Assembly (NCBI GenBank): GCA_963724325.1 | Contig: CAVRUH010000005.1 | Coordinates: 256,001-320,000, forward strand | Reading direction: 5' to 3' | Source: Waddliaceae bacterium | Lineage (GTDB): Bacteria; Chlamydiota; Chlamydiia; Chlamydiales; Waddliaceae | Length of the DNA: 64,000 nt | In this document: piece after piece, positions 47,787-58,778 of the stretch | How positions within the stretch are numbered: the first letter of the stretch is position 1 | Layout: each line of letters opens with the position of its first letter | Translations under genes and position numbers: made by a program | Notes under the pieces: generated by a model | Databases searched by the model: none | Seen by the model: the letters and a program-made list of their open reading frames with translations, nothing else | What the model was told of the DNA's origin: nothing

Positions 47787-48506
47787 CTAATTTATCTCCG
47801 ATTCATTTTCGAGAATTAAAAATCCGCGAGACCCCATTAAATTGCCTGTCCGCATAGAGCCAATCATTGCTTTGGCGTCAATCCATGCGGGAGGATATTT
47901 AAAGCGTGCAACGTCCAGGATCAAAAATGAGTCGCTACCCTCATCATATGCGGCTATTGGCGACCAATGACCATCGCCTTTTTGCCCAACTTGTGTTCTG
48001 ATATAATTGGCTAAAATGATCTGATTGCGATTCTTAAGAGAATGAACTAATATGTTTCGCACTTCTTCTTCTGACAATTCCAGCCCTTTATAGAGAGTGA
48101 CTTTGACGGGGAAATCAGCTAAAACTCTACTGAGTTCTTCTAATGATATTCCGCGTTTTTGCACTTCTTCAGACACCATGACAGTTTGTAGCTCAAAAAA
48201 TTCTTCCTGATTAAAAAGAGTGTTAGTTGTAAACAATTTAGCAACAGGGCCTTTGATTGATAGAGCATTTAAAGCAATGACTGAGCTAGTGACAGCGCAA
48301 TAATTTGGGCGAAATTGCGATTCATAGAAACGCATTAATTTCCAAACATTATCTTTATGTTCACTTGATTGTAATCGTGAAACGCCTTCAGCTGAATCCC
48401 ATTCGATCCATAAATTATTGTTAATAGGTTCTTCAGACGATAAAGTAGAAGATAGAGAGCTTAAAAAAAACGAGCTCAAAATAGCAATTAATTTAAATAT
48501 TTTCAT
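47787..48506 (-). CDS. Phytochelatin synthase-like papain-fold protein with signal peptide
   Basis: ESQFRPNYCAVTS (Cys), GHWSPIAAYD (His), LILDVARFKYPPAW (Asp). Confidence 0.88.
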   Translation of the reverse strand: MKIFKLIAILSSFFLSSLSSTLSSEEPINNNLWIEWDSAEGVSRLQSSEHKDNVWKLMRFYESQFRPNYCAVTSSVIALNALSIKGPVAKLFTTNTLFNQEEFFELQTVMVSEEVQKRGISLEELSRVLADFPVKVTLYKGLELSEEEVRNILVHSLKNRNQIILANYIRTQVGQKGDGHWSPIAAYDEGSDSFLILDVARFKYPPAWIDAKAMIGSMRTGNLMGSRGFLILENESEIN

Positions 48507-48636
48507 ACAAAATCCTTTTTTAAGTTTAACTTTAAAGGTCAAAGATATCAAAAAAAGGGATATAATGTCAACACAAATCTAATAAAAAAGGATGTGAAAG
48601 AGGCCCCCTTTCACAAGTAGTAATGAACCTCTCAAC

Positions 48637-48718
48637 TTATGAAAGTTATAGCGACTTATAGCGACTTTCTGCTATAACTAGCTATAACCCATTATAAGTG
48701 GCTATAAGTTGCTATAAG
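48637..48718. repeat. 10-bp-phased array of TTATAGC / GCTATAA sites; probable operator
   Basis: TTATAGC at 48646 and 48656; GCTATAA at 48671, 48681, 48701, 48711; directly upstream of the ATPase RBS. Confidence 0.7.
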
Positions 48719-48740
48719 TCTATATAAAAGGAGATGTGGA

Positions 48741-49922
48741 ATGGATCCCATTAAAAACCCCTATTCGCCTGGAGCAGGCGCCCCACCTCGTGAACTTGTA
48801 GGGCGTGACCCCATCCTTAAACAAGCCGATATTTTACTTGGTCGAATACGAGCGCACAGACCTGAAAAAAGCATATTGTTTACAGGATTGCGCGGTGTAG
48901 GAAAGACTGTTCTATTAAATGAAATTGAAAGGCGTGCTGAAAAAATAGGTTATCTCACAATCTCGGTCGAGGCACACGGAGAAAAAACACTTGGCCATTT
49001 ATTGGCTCCCTATTTATGTAAATTACTTTATAATCTAGATAGAACAGCCGGATTTGGTCATAAGGTAAAACGTGCATTAGGTGTCTTGCGTAGCTTTATA
49101 AGTGCATTCAAAATTACATTCAAGGATATTTCTATCGGCATTGATATAGATCCAGAGAGAGGATCGGCAGATAGCGGTGATATAGAAATCGATTTACCTC
49201 AGTTATTTGTAGCAATTGGCGAGGCTGCTGAAGACAGCCAGTGTACGGTTGCCATTTTAATTGATGAGATACAATACCTCACAAAAAAGGAGCTAGGGGC
49301 TCTGATAATGGCGATGCATAAACTTCAGCAACGGCAGCTTCCTATGCTTCTTTTAGGAGCAGGGCTTCCAGTTCTTACAGGTCTCGCAGGAGATTCAAAG
49401 TCGTACGCCGAACGTCTGTTCAATTTCCTTAAGGTCGGAGCTTTGTCAGAATCCGATGCAATCAAGGCGCTTCGGGAGCCTGCTAGGACGGGTGGTGTCG
49501 AGTTTGAACAAGAAGCCCTAAATGAGATTTATCGTATTACTGAGGGATATCCTTATTTCCTCCAGGAGTGGGGGTATTTGATTTGGAATTCAGTTGAATC
49601 TAATCCTATTACGATTAGGGACGTGCGAGATTGCACTTCAAAAGTAATTGAGCGATTAGATGAGAATTTTTTTAGGGTTCGCTTTGATAGGTTAACACCT
49701 GGGGAAAAAGTCTTTTTGCGTATGATGGCAAAATTAGGGTCTGGACCCTATAAGCTTGCGGACATTGCAACAGAATTTAAGGTGAATTTATCAAAACTTA
49801 GTCCCACTAGATCTAATTTGTTAAAAAAGGGAATGATATATAGTCCAACCTATGGAAATATAGCTTTTACTGTACCACTCTTCGATCAGTTTATGATTCG
49901 AGCAATGCCAGATTTTCCCTAG
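48741..49922 (+). CDS. P-loop ATP-binding protein (AAA_16-like) with C-terminal winged helix
   Basis: NPYSPGAG, GLRGVGKT, LIDEIQ, GYPYFLQ, RSNLLKKGMIY. Confidence 0.85.
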   Translation: MDPIKNPYSPGAGAPPRELVGRDPILKQADILLGRIRAHRPEKSILFTGLRGVGKTVLLNEIERRAEKIGYLTISVEAHGEKTLGHLLAPYLCKLLYNLDRTAGFGHKVKRALGVLRSFISAFKITFKDISIGIDIDPERGSADSGDIEIDLPQLFVAIGEAAEDSQCTVAILIDEIQYLTKKELGALIMAMHKLQQRQLPMLLLGAGLPVLTGLAGDSKSYAERLFNFLKVGALSESDAIKALREPARTGGVEFEQEALNEIYRITEGYPYFLQEWGYLIWNSVESNPITIRDVRDCTSKVIERLDENFFRVRFDRLTPGEKVFLRMMAKLGSGPYKLADIATEFKVNLSKLSPTRSNLLKKGMIYSPTYGNIAFTVPLFDQFMIRAMPDFP

Positions 49923-49972
49923 AGCAGAAGGCCTCAAAATTAGAAGGTTATCACACCCCAGGACCAGCCTTT

Positions 49973-51253
49973 TTAATTTTCCAGTTTCAGTATTTCTTTT
50001 GCTGCACGGATTCCTGATTCAATAGCTCCATTCATCGAAGAGAACTTCTTGCTAGTGTGTTCTCCAGCAAAATGGAATCTCCCCTCAAATTCTCTCAATG
50101 ATGTTTGAATCTCAGTCATATCTGCAGCAAAATAAGAATACCCCTCTTTCCAGAAAGAGGGATAAAATTCAGCTTTATTGGGATCCCAACTTGGATAGAG
50201 CTCGGACAGAGCATCATTGATGGATTGTTTCCATTCATTAATTGATGTTTCGGTAAGTTTTCGAACCTGATCTCCAACGATGCTTACGCAAATTACCGTT
50301 TTATTGTAAGGATTAACTTGAAAAGCTGTTTGATCTCTGAACCAGCCCAGTCGATCGGAAAATAGAAAAACACCGCCGCGCGGAGGGATGCCTAAGATGG
50401 CAGGAGGAGCCACAATTGAAAGGCGGGCACATGTTGTGTAAAAAGTATTTGTGCTGGCTTCTTGCTTCTTTATCGACAATGAAGGCTTAATTTCAATCTT
50501 TTTCATTTCTGAGAGTGGAATGGTAAAGATTACTCTCCGAGATTCAATAGTAAATGTTTCACCATGCAAAACACATTTTTCATTCGATTGTTCAATTTTT
50601 TGAAGGCGATGGTTGAGAAGAATTTGCTCTTTCATCTTTTCCGCAAGCGCCTGGGCAAGTCGATTATTTCCACCCTGAATAGCATAAAAAGAAGTTGAGC
50701 CATCGTATTGTTGTAAAAATGTAAGAAGTGCTTTGGTTGAAATTGTTTGAAAACCTTCTCCAATAAGTCCTGCAACAGTGTTTGCTTGCAGCCACGCAAT
50801 AGCTTGTGGAGAGGCGCCAATACGTTCTAAAGCATATTTACAAGGCATATCCTCGGGGATTTTCTCTAATTTATTTCGAAAATAATTCCACAGCAAATAC
50901 AAAGGTACTTCTCGTTCTTCACCCTTAAGAAAGGTTCCTTTTTCATTTAAAGTTCCCTTCAAATCTTTAAACCAAAAAGTATTTTCCATGGGAGTGTGTG
51001 CAATGATAGGAAGTGAAAATCTATGAATATAATCCCATAGCGGCTGTTCTTTGTTTCCAAAAGAAAAAGGACCTTCTTCAAAGTGCACATTATCGGGTAA
51101 AAATCGGCTTAGAAGCCTTCCTCCAACACTATTTTCTTCCTCCAATACCTTCACTTCATATCCCTGAGATTTCAGAAGATCAGTTGCAGCCAACCCAGCC
51201 AGGCCTGCTCCAATAATTGCAACATCGCATGTAGAATGTGTTATACTTATCAT
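49973..51253 (-). CDS. Flavin monoamine oxidase family protein
   Basis: IIGAGLAGL, VGGRL, FAGEHT...MNGAIESGIRAA. Confidence 0.85.
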   Translation of the reverse strand: MISITHSTCDVAIIGAGLAGLAATDLLKSQGYEVKVLEEENSVGGRLLSRFLPDNVHFEEGPFSFGNKEQPLWDYIHRFSLPIIAHTPMENTFWFKDLKGTLNEKGTFLKGEEREVPLYLLWNYFRNKLEKIPEDMPCKYALERIGASPQAIAWLQANTVAGLIGEGFQTISTKALLTFLQQYDGSTSFYAIQGGNNRLAQALAEKMKEQILLNHRLQKIEQSNEKCVLHGETFTIESRRVIFTIPLSEMKKIEIKPSLSIKKQEASTNTFYTTCARLSIVAPPAILGIPPRGGVFLFSDRLGWFRDQTAFQVNPYNKTVICVSIVGDQVRKLTETSINEWKQSINDALSELYPSWDPNKAEFYPSFWKEGYSYFAADMTEIQTSLREFEGRFHFAGEHTSKKFSSMNGAIESGIRAAKEILKLEN

Positions 51254-51267
51254 TTTGGTCAGGGATG

Positions 51268-51786
51268 TTACTTAATATGGATGCTATCAAAAAAGTTGGA
51301 AATACGATAGTTGTTGGTATCATCTGTTCCCATTCTTATTAGACGATCATTTGTGGAAAGGAAACGCCAGTATACAGCATCCTCTTGATTTCTCGGGATC
51401 AAATCTACTGCATATTTGGCTCCGAATAATTTTGCATTAGCTGTGACTACAGTAAATTCAGGATTCGCATTTTGAATTAATTTTACAAATTCTTTTAACG
51501 TTTTTGGAGGTGAAAATCCTGTATTATACGTTGTCGTAATTACATAACCAAAGTTATTCTCGGCCACACCACTAATAGATACCATGCCATTTTGGAGCCT
51601 TGCACCATTATAATTTGGAACCCAGGCCGTTAAGTTAAGGCCATTCATATCAAAATAAACTTCATTCCATACATTTTCTTCCAATTCGTAGATTTGTTCG
51701 TTTTTGCCCCATCCGCTAGCTTCTAAATTGGGCGCTTGGAATAAAACCAATGCTAATAGAAAAATTGATAAGTACACAATTTTCAT
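51268..51786 (-). CDS. Hypothetical exported protein
   Basis: Signal peptide MKIVYLSIFLLALVLFQAPNLEA; no recognised domain. Confidence 0.55.
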   Translation of the reverse strand: MKIVYLSIFLLALVLFQAPNLEASGWGKNEQIYELEENVWNEVYFDMNGLNLTAWVPNYNGARLQNGMVSISGVAENNFGYVITTTYNTGFSPPKTLKEFVKLIQNANPEFTVVTANAKLFGAKYAVDLIPRNQEDAVYWRFLSTNDRLIRMGTDDTNNYRISNFFDSIHIK

Positions 51787-51992
51787 TTTACGTTCATTTA
51801 CATGATGATAAAGACTTGATAATAACATTCTACTCTCCATTTTGAAATTGATCATATTTTATTGATAAAGTTAAAATTGAATTTGCATTCACTGTCCAGG
51901 ATATACTGTAGAAGCAATTAAAATCTAGTAAAATAAAGCTTTCAGAAATTTCTGAAAGCCAGTTATCATTGACACGTAACCAGGAGATAAAC

Positions 51993-52139
51993 ATGAAATT
52001 CTTCACGAAATTTTGCTTTGCAACCACCTTCGGTCTGGCTGCAGAAAATTATACTCTTACAAAAGACCAAACTGCATTTTTTACTCAGTATTCTCGGTGT
52101 TTAGCCTATTTCACTCAACTGAATTCCAAATTTTTATAA
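51993..52139 (+). CDS. 48-aa Phe/Thr-rich upstream ORF (possible leader peptide)
   Basis: RBS CAGGAG, MKFFTKFCFATTFGLAAENYTLTKDQTAFFTQYSRCLAYFTQLNSKFL*, ends 13 nt before the hydrolase ATG. Confidence 0.4.
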   Translation: MKFFTKFCFATTFGLAAENYTLTKDQTAFFTQYSRCLAYFTQLNSKFL

Positions 52140-52152
52140 CCGACAGGCAAGC

Positions 52153-53019
52153 ATGAAACCAGATATAGAAAATACAGGGGTAATAGAGTGCAACGGCTTT
52201 GACCTTGGTTATAAAATAGAGGGGAGCGGGCCAAACGCTTTAGTCATTGGCAGCTCAATCTATTATCCTCGAGTTTTTTCCGAAAATCTTAGGAAACATC
52301 TACGTTTTATTTTTGCCGATATGAGAGCTTTTGCACCTTATCCTCGCTCAGAAATCTCTTTAACCTTTGATCTCAATTTACTTCTGGACGATATTGAGTG
52401 TATACGGCAAAAACTCAAGCTCGACAAAGTAATCGTCATGGGGCCTTCTGGAAATGCATTTCTCGCTCTTGAATATGCGAAAAAATATCCAAAAAATGTC
52501 TCTCATGTCGTTATGATAGGTACAGGGCCTGATTTCAGTGATAACAGCAAAAGTTCAACCGATCAATATTGGCAGGAGGTAGCTTCTGCTGATCGAAAAG
52601 CAGCTCTCCATAAAAGTTTAGAAATATGTCCAGATTCGCAGTATGAAAAAATTCCTTTGAATCACCGTTTCATTTGGAATTATATTCGTTATGGCGCACG
52701 TATTTGGTATGATTTCAACTTTGATTCAACTTTCTTATGGCAAGGGGTTAATGTGAATATGCCAATTTTCGACTATGTATGGGGGTCTCTTTTTAAAGAT
52801 ATTGATATCACTAAAGATTTAGAAGAGTTAAATAAGCCTGTGTTACTGGCATTGGGACGATATGATTTTATCGTAGCCCCGCCTGATTCATGGGATTCAT
52901 TAAATTCGAAATTTAAGGATCTTTCAATATGCATATTCGAGCAAAGCGGGCACTCACCTTTTTATGAAGAGCCTAAGCTCTTTGACACTAAACTTTTAGA
53001 CTGGCTGTCATCTCATTAA
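52153..53019 (+). CDS. Alpha/beta hydrolase (proline iminopeptidase-like)
   Basis: MGPSGNA nucleophile, LGRYD, SGHSPFYEEP. Confidence 0.8.
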   Translation: MKPDIENTGVIECNGFDLGYKIEGSGPNALVIGSSIYYPRVFSENLRKHLRFIFADMRAFAPYPRSEISLTFDLNLLLDDIECIRQKLKLDKVIVMGPSGNAFLALEYAKKYPKNVSHVVMIGTGPDFSDNSKSSTDQYWQEVASADRKAALHKSLEICPDSQYEKIPLNHRFIWNYIRYGARIWYDFNFDSTFLWQGVNVNMPIFDYVWGSLFKDIDITKDLEELNKPVLLALGRYDFIVAPPDSWDSLNSKFKDLSICIFEQSGHSPFYEEPKLFDTKLLDWLSSH

Positions 53020-53244
53020 AAAATAGTGTCAGACATGCCATATTTTTCTGTTTGACATATTTAGTACGTATACGCATTTAAAGTCTCACAAGCTGTGAGG
53101 CATTTGGAGGAAATCTTTTGGTTGTATTTTCAAAATTCGACATTAATCCTCAATTAGGCTCTGAAAAATCTAAAAATTTAAATTTTGTCTAATATTGACA
53201 AAAAATCTAATTTCTTTGTATAATGGTTGCATGCAAGAGGTAAA

Positions 53245-53886
53245 ATGAAAAAAAAAGAATGAGAACAAATTTTGGTTGCAGTTTGAGCCTTTGATCAAGG
53301 CTGTCGTTGAACTTCTTCATCCTTTTGTGGAAGCAGCCGTTCACGATTTAAAACAGGGAAAAACTAGTGGCTATTTATCATAATATATCACAAAGAAGAG
53401 TAGGGGATGCCTCTCCTCTTAACGAACTAAAGGTAAATACAAAGAATTTTCCCCTACTATTTTCCTTCATACTATAAAAAGAATTGGGATGGACGATCGC
53501 TGAAATGCACTTCAATTACCATTGGTGATGCCAAAAATAATGCAATTGGCCTCATTTGTTTTAATGTTGATGCTAGCTCATTCCAAGAGGGACATAAGTT
53601 GCTAGATATGTTTCTAAAAACTAATATTGATGCAAAAAATCCGATTGAAATTTTTGGCAATCAATGTGAAGAGCAAGCAACCGAAATCATTCAACGATAT
53701 TTAGCTGAGAAAAATTTATCTTTGAATCACTTGAATCGAGATCAAAAAAAAGAACTTGTTCAACATTTATATCACAAAGGGATTTTTAACTTTAAACATG
53801 CTGCTTTCTTGGTTGCTCAGCAGTTGAAAATCTCACGAGCTACAGTCTATAACCATATTAAAGAATTAGGTGTGAACAATGGGTAA
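53245..53886 (+). pseudogene. YheO/DauR-like PAS + HTH transcriptional regulator (frameshifted)
   Basis: Reconstructed LLHPFVEAAVHDL, ISQRRVGD, DGRSLKCTSI, GLICFNVD, KGIFNFK...LKISRATVYNHI across frames. Confidence 0.8.
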
Positions 53887-54823
53887 GGATAAACTTTATA
53901 TTAAAACTCCTTTGATTGAATCATTGGAATTAAGCGAAATCGCTCAAAGTCGTGTGTACCTCAAAATGGAGGCCTTGCAGCCAAGCGGATCTTTCAAAAA
54001 TCGAGGGATTGGCTTTCATCTGCTCTCATTATGCAGAGGTAGAGAATGCAAAGTGCTTTGTCTCATCTTCTGGAGGAAACGCTGGTCTGGCAGTTGCTCA
54101 TTCAGGAAGATTATTAAATGTTCCAGTAAAAGTGGTTATTCCAAGCTCATCTCCTCAACTGATGGTTGAAAAAATTAAACGTGAGGGTGCAGAGGTTACG
54201 ATTTTTGGCGAAGATTGGAACGGTGCGGATGTCTTGCACGTCAATTGGCAACAGAACCGGGTCATTTTTATATTTCGCCTTTTGACCATCCCTTGATCTG
54301 GAAAGGACATGCATCAATGATCCATGAAATCAAAGAGAGCGGCATTAAGCCTGATGCCATTGTTGTCGCTGTTGGGGGAGGTGGATTACTTTGTGGAGTT
54401 GTGCAGGGACTTCATGAAGTTGGTTGGAGCGATATCCCAGTTTTTACATCGGAAACTGAAGGTGCTGCCTCATTTGCAAAATCAGTTCATGAGGGAAAAT
54501 TAGTCACTCTAGATGCAATAACAACATTGGCAACATCATTAGGAGCAAAAACAGTTGCAAAGCAGGCCCTAGAATGGAGTAAAATTCATTCTATTTTCCC
54601 AGAAATAGTTACAGATAAACAAGCCGTTGAGGCTTGTGTTCTATTTGTTGACCATCATCGTGTTCTTGTGGAACCAGCTTGTGGAGCGGCATTATCTTTG
54701 ATATATGAACGGAAGATAGACCCCCGGATCTATCATAATATTGTTGTGATTGTATGTGGAGGTAGTGGTGTAACAAGGGCACTGATGCAGGAATGGGCAA
54801 GAAAAACAGGAGTGGCGACTTGA
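53879..54823 (+). pseudogene. PLP-dependent L-serine/threonine dehydratase, eukaryote SDS-like (two frameshifts)
   Basis: LKMEALQPSGSFKNRG, SSGGNAG, PFDHPLIWKGH, VGGGGLL, VEPACGA, IVCGG in three frames. Confidence 0.85.
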
Positions 54824-55770
54824 AAATTTATCATCGAAATCAACTATTGGAATTTCAGGATATGGATTACCTTATCCAACGAATTGAAAATGGCTTTCTA
54901 GAATACTCTAAAGGCAATGTAAACATGCCGCCTGTTTGTCACATGCATTTTGATCAACCGCCTGGAGATTTACATATCAAATGTGCTTCTATGCCTAGGG
55001 AAGAATGTTATGTTGTTAAAATAGCTTCATGCTTTCCTGAAAATTCGAAGCTGGGGAAGCCTTCTATAAACGGAATGATGTTTTTGTTCTCTCAAAAATC
55101 TGGTAAACCAGAGGCCCTATTTTTGGACGAAGGTTATTTGACCCATTTGCGTACAGCCATCGCGGGTGCCATATGCGCTAAGCATTTGGCCGCTAAAAAT
55201 ATACAGGCCATTGGGATCATTGGTGCTGGTATGCAAGCAAGATATCAATTAAAACTTCTTTCGTATGTTACAACTTGTCGACAAGTGTGGGTATGGGCTC
55301 CAAACCAAGCAGAAAGGATGCGCTATCAGCAAGATGAAACATTAAAAGAATTTGAAATCCATGTAGCTATATCGGCGAAGGAAGTTGCAGAACGGTGTCG
55401 TTTAATTGTAACGACTACACCTTCTACTAGTCCTCTTCTTTTTGCTCCTGATATCGCTGAAGGAACGCATATCACTGCTGTAGGTTCCGATCGTCCCGGA
55501 AAGCAAGAATTGGATTCATCTATTTTAAAACGAGCTGATCGAATTGTCGTTGATAGTCGAGAACAGTGTTTCAAATATGGAGAAACATTTTGTGCGATCC
55601 AGGCAGGGATGATTTCAAAAGAAGCCATTTTTGAAATTGGAGAAATCATTGCAGGTAAAAAGCAAGGACGTGTAAGTGAAAACGAAATCACCATAGCCGA
55701 TTTAACTGGTCTCGGAGTGCAAGATTTAGAAATTGCTCTTGGTTTTCGTGAAGTCTTAGAAAATTTATGA
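54820..55770 (+). CDS. Ornithine cyclodeaminase / mu-crystallin family
   Basis: LTHLRTAIAG, IGAGMQA, TAVGSDRPGKQE, DLTGLGVQDL. Confidence 0.9.
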   Translation: MKIYHRNQLLEFQDMDYLIQRIENGFLEYSKGNVNMPPVCHMHFDQPPGDLHIKCASMPREECYVVKIASCFPENSKLGKPSINGMMFLFSQKSGKPEALFLDEGYLTHLRTAIAGAICAKHLAAKNIQAIGIIGAGMQARYQLKLLSYVTTCRQVWVWAPNQAERMRYQQDETLKEFEIHVAISAKEVAERCRLIVTTTPSTSPLLFAPDIAEGTHITAVGSDRPGKQELDSSILKRADRIVVDSREQCFKYGETFCAIQAGMISKEAIFEIGEIIAGKKQGRVSENEITIADLTGLGVQDLEIALGFREVLENL

Positions 55771-55819
55771 AGGAGAGCCCTTTTTAATAGTGAAAAGGGC
55801 AGCTCCTTTTATTTTGACC

Positions 55820-56812
55820 TCATTTTGTTACTTCGGATTTTATCCATGCTTCGTTTGCACGCTCAAAAATCTTCTCAAGTATTGTCCAATCTTTTTCCAA
55901 AAGTATACTGTTATCTAAAGTCATATCGGTCTTTGATTGGGGTGCAAGGCCTGAAAGTTCAATAGATAGAACAGGTCGCACGAAAGGATCTTCTTTGCTT
56001 GGATCTACACCTTTAGCTATTAAATCCTTGAGCGATGTTATCACCACAGATTGGTATTCGGCATCTTCATGCCTCTTGTAATATGCAAGGGCCTTCTTGG
56101 CCTCCCGTATCACTTTTGAACAGGGCGCCAAATCACTTGCCGGCACGGCATCACCAAACTTTATCACCCATGAAAGGGATGCGTTTTTCTCTTCGACTCG
56201 AGGTCTTATATATGTGCTAGAATCGTCAACTAGAGAACCAGAAAAAAACATCTGGTCTTTATCGCATGGCTTGGCATGAAGTCCTCTTGCAATTTTGAGA
56301 ATGGATTCGACAGTAGCATCAATTTTCTTTGCAATGTACTCGCATCCATTAATCGCGCCACGCCCTTGCAAATATTCATTCATATAGCCATTTTCTGTAT
56401 TTAATGAGCTATTAAGCATTCCTTGATACCCCGGGGGATAGCCGTTAACAGACTTAAGGTCCACTAATTGGTCGACTGGACGAATCATGGTTCCGGGTGC
56501 TGAGACTGCAAAATAGCCTTTGTAATCTGGAGAGAGCACTTTTCTGGCAATTAACCCGACAAGATCGTTATTAGTCTCAAGAGGTTTCATCATCCATTCA
56601 GTCAAATTCTTAGCAGAAGTTGTCTGCAATACATATGTTACCAACTCCGTTCTACCCTTATCCCGAAAATAAAAAATTCCTTCTGCAAAATAGTTACTTG
56701 TTTCACCATCTTTTACAATCTTCCGACCTGAACTCTGATCGGGATGGTACGTTTCCTTAGATTCAATATCGGCAATTTGCTTTGCAAATTCCAATCGAAA
56801 TTGCATATCCAT
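55820..56812 (-). CDS. Hypothetical protein
   Basis: 330-aa ORF with RBS AGGAG; no recognised motif. Confidence 0.6.
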   Translation of the reverse strand: MDMQFRLEFAKQIADIESKETYHPDQSSGRKIVKDGETSNYFAEGIFYFRDKGRTELVTYVLQTTSAKNLTEWMMKPLETNNDLVGLIARKVLSPDYKGYFAVSAPGTMIRPVDQLVDLKSVNGYPPGYQGMLNSSLNTENGYMNEYLQGRGAINGCEYIAKKIDATVESILKIARGLHAKPCDKDQMFFSGSLVDDSSTYIRPRVEEKNASLSWVIKFGDAVPASDLAPCSKVIREAKKALAYYKRHEDAEYQSVVITSLKDLIAKGVDPSKEDPFVRPVLSIELSGLAPQSKTDMTLDNSILLEKDWTILEKIFERANEAWIKSEVTK

Positions 56813-57067
56813 AGCTACTCCTAGTTAGTGTGTTAATCGATTTATTTTAGAATAATCATGAATGATTTACATAAATGTCAAGTGAAAAAGGGCCCCCTTA
56901 CCCTTACTTCAACATATGTTCGTGGGTGAAAAGGGGCGGCCCTTTTTCACAGATTGCAAAACCAGATTGGTCTGAGCGGCTAATCTTCCTGATGCCGGGT
57001 TGGGTTATGTTTTTCGAGATGGAGAGGCTTTTGTTTGGGAATCGTTGACAAATGACTGATTCCAATT

Positions 57068-57532
57068 TTAATCCGAATTCTTTTCAATATTTAATAAAAG
57101 CGCTTTATTTTCTACTCCAGCACCGAATCCTGAAAGATTGCCGTTGGATCCGATGACGCGGTGGCAGGGGATGAGGATGAGGAGTGGGTTTTTGCCGATG
57201 GCGGTGCCGACGGCACGGACGGCTTTGGGTCGGCCGATTTTGCGTGCGATGTCGGCGTAACTTAGGGTTGTTCCGTAGGGGATTTCAAGGAGTGCATTCC
57301 AGACATCATTTTGGAAAGGGGTGCCGTGGAATGCTAGGGGAATGTCGAAGGTGTGTCGGGTTTTATGGAAGTATTCGGTGAGCTGTTTTTCTGTGGCGGT
57401 GATCAAGGGGTGGTTTGAGGTTGTATGATGGTCCTCTTCGGCTTCCCAGATGATGGAAAGCACGGCATGATCACTAGTGGTGATTGCTAGTTTGCCAATA
57501 GATGAGTTGATTTCTTTATAGTATGTTTTCAT
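57068..57532 (-). CDS. ogt: Methylated-DNA-protein-cysteine methyltransferase
   Basis: GTPFQ, IPYG, RAVG, IPCHRV active site. Confidence 0.92.
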   Translation of the reverse strand: MKTYYKEINSSIGKLAITTSDHAVLSIIWEAEEDHHTTSNHPLITATEKQLTEYFHKTRHTFDIPLAFHGTPFQNDVWNALLEIPYGTTLSYADIARKIGRPKAVRAVGTAIGKNPLLILIPCHRVIGSNGNLSGFGAGVENKALLLNIEKNSD

Positions 57533-57743
57533 ATTTTAGGTTTTGAAAGTGATTTTTTATGTTATTTTATCATATGATGATCACCATGTCCAGTCTAAGG
57601 GAGTAAATTTTGATACACAAAGATTAAAATATTTCTTTTTGCATATGTATCTCTTTTTGGTATGCAATCGAGTGATCTTCTTGGACATCACTGATCCAAA
57701 ATAAATGCCAACAAAGAGATCACTAGTCTCTCCACTAAAAACA

Positions 57744-58778
57744 TCAATTCACTAGAAGATCTGCACAATTAAATTCTTTTTCAAACTTTTCGATTGTTTT
57801 TAGAATTAATTCCCATCTAGGGATTTCTCTGAAAAACATGGCTTCCATCAAAGCATAATCTTTTTCAAGTTCTTTTAAAATTCGAGGAGGAGGAAAAAGC
57901 TTTAAAGTTTCCTTTCGAGCTGTTCCATAGTTTGCCCAACTTGATGCAAAATAAATGCTTTTATGGATGGCAACTCGTTCAAGTAAGGCAGTCTCAATAA
58001 GGGCTTTTTCCTTTATTTCAGAATTTAGTAAACGAAAAAAATCATAAAAATGTCTTGAGATTCGTGGTGGAAGCTTTTTATCTTCGGGTAAATGAGCATA
58101 TTGATGAAGGATAGTTGCTTTTTCCCAGAAAGTTCGTTCAGCATTCAGTACGCGAACTATTATTTCAGATTCATGAATTTTTTCTTTTAACGCTTCTTTA
58201 ACATAGCTCTGTATTTTGATGTTCACTGACAGGCCAGTGTTCTGATCTTGCTCCAATTTCGATTTTCACAAGTGGACGAATATATCCAGCTTTTGAGGTT
58301 TTGCTTGGATATTCAAATAATAATGTTTGAGCATCAGGGTCTTCTTGATCAGGAAAAATTTGCCATCCATCGGTTGTTCCAAGCTTTGCAGCAAAAGCTG
58401 TCTTTAAGATCTGGTTAGCATTTCAGTTTGCACATAATTGGAGCAAGCTTTTGAAAGATTGTCGATGATAGCATTTTGTTTTTTCTTGGAAGGCGCATTT
58501 TCAGGATCATGAGGTGCACCAAAGCCAAAAAATTCTCTTTCAATTGAAAGATCAATATCTTCTGAAAAACGATCAATCAATCCATATATTTTTGAAAGAG
58601 ATGTGCCTCCTTTGAAGGTGAGATAAGGCTTCATCTTTTCAAGTGAAAACAGTCTTTTCAAAACCCATACAACCCAATAGTCTTTTTCAATAATTTCAAA
58701 AGGCATTTTCTTGATATCAGTTGCAGCTCTAAAGAAAAGTTCCCGTTCATCTTTAGATAAAAGATGGATCTCATTCAT
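57744..58778 (-). pseudogene. AbiEii-type nucleotidyltransferase toxin (frameshifted)
   Basis: IEKDYWV, FKGGTSLSK, RFSEDIDL, ERTFWEKATILH, SRHFYD in fragments. Confidence 0.85.
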
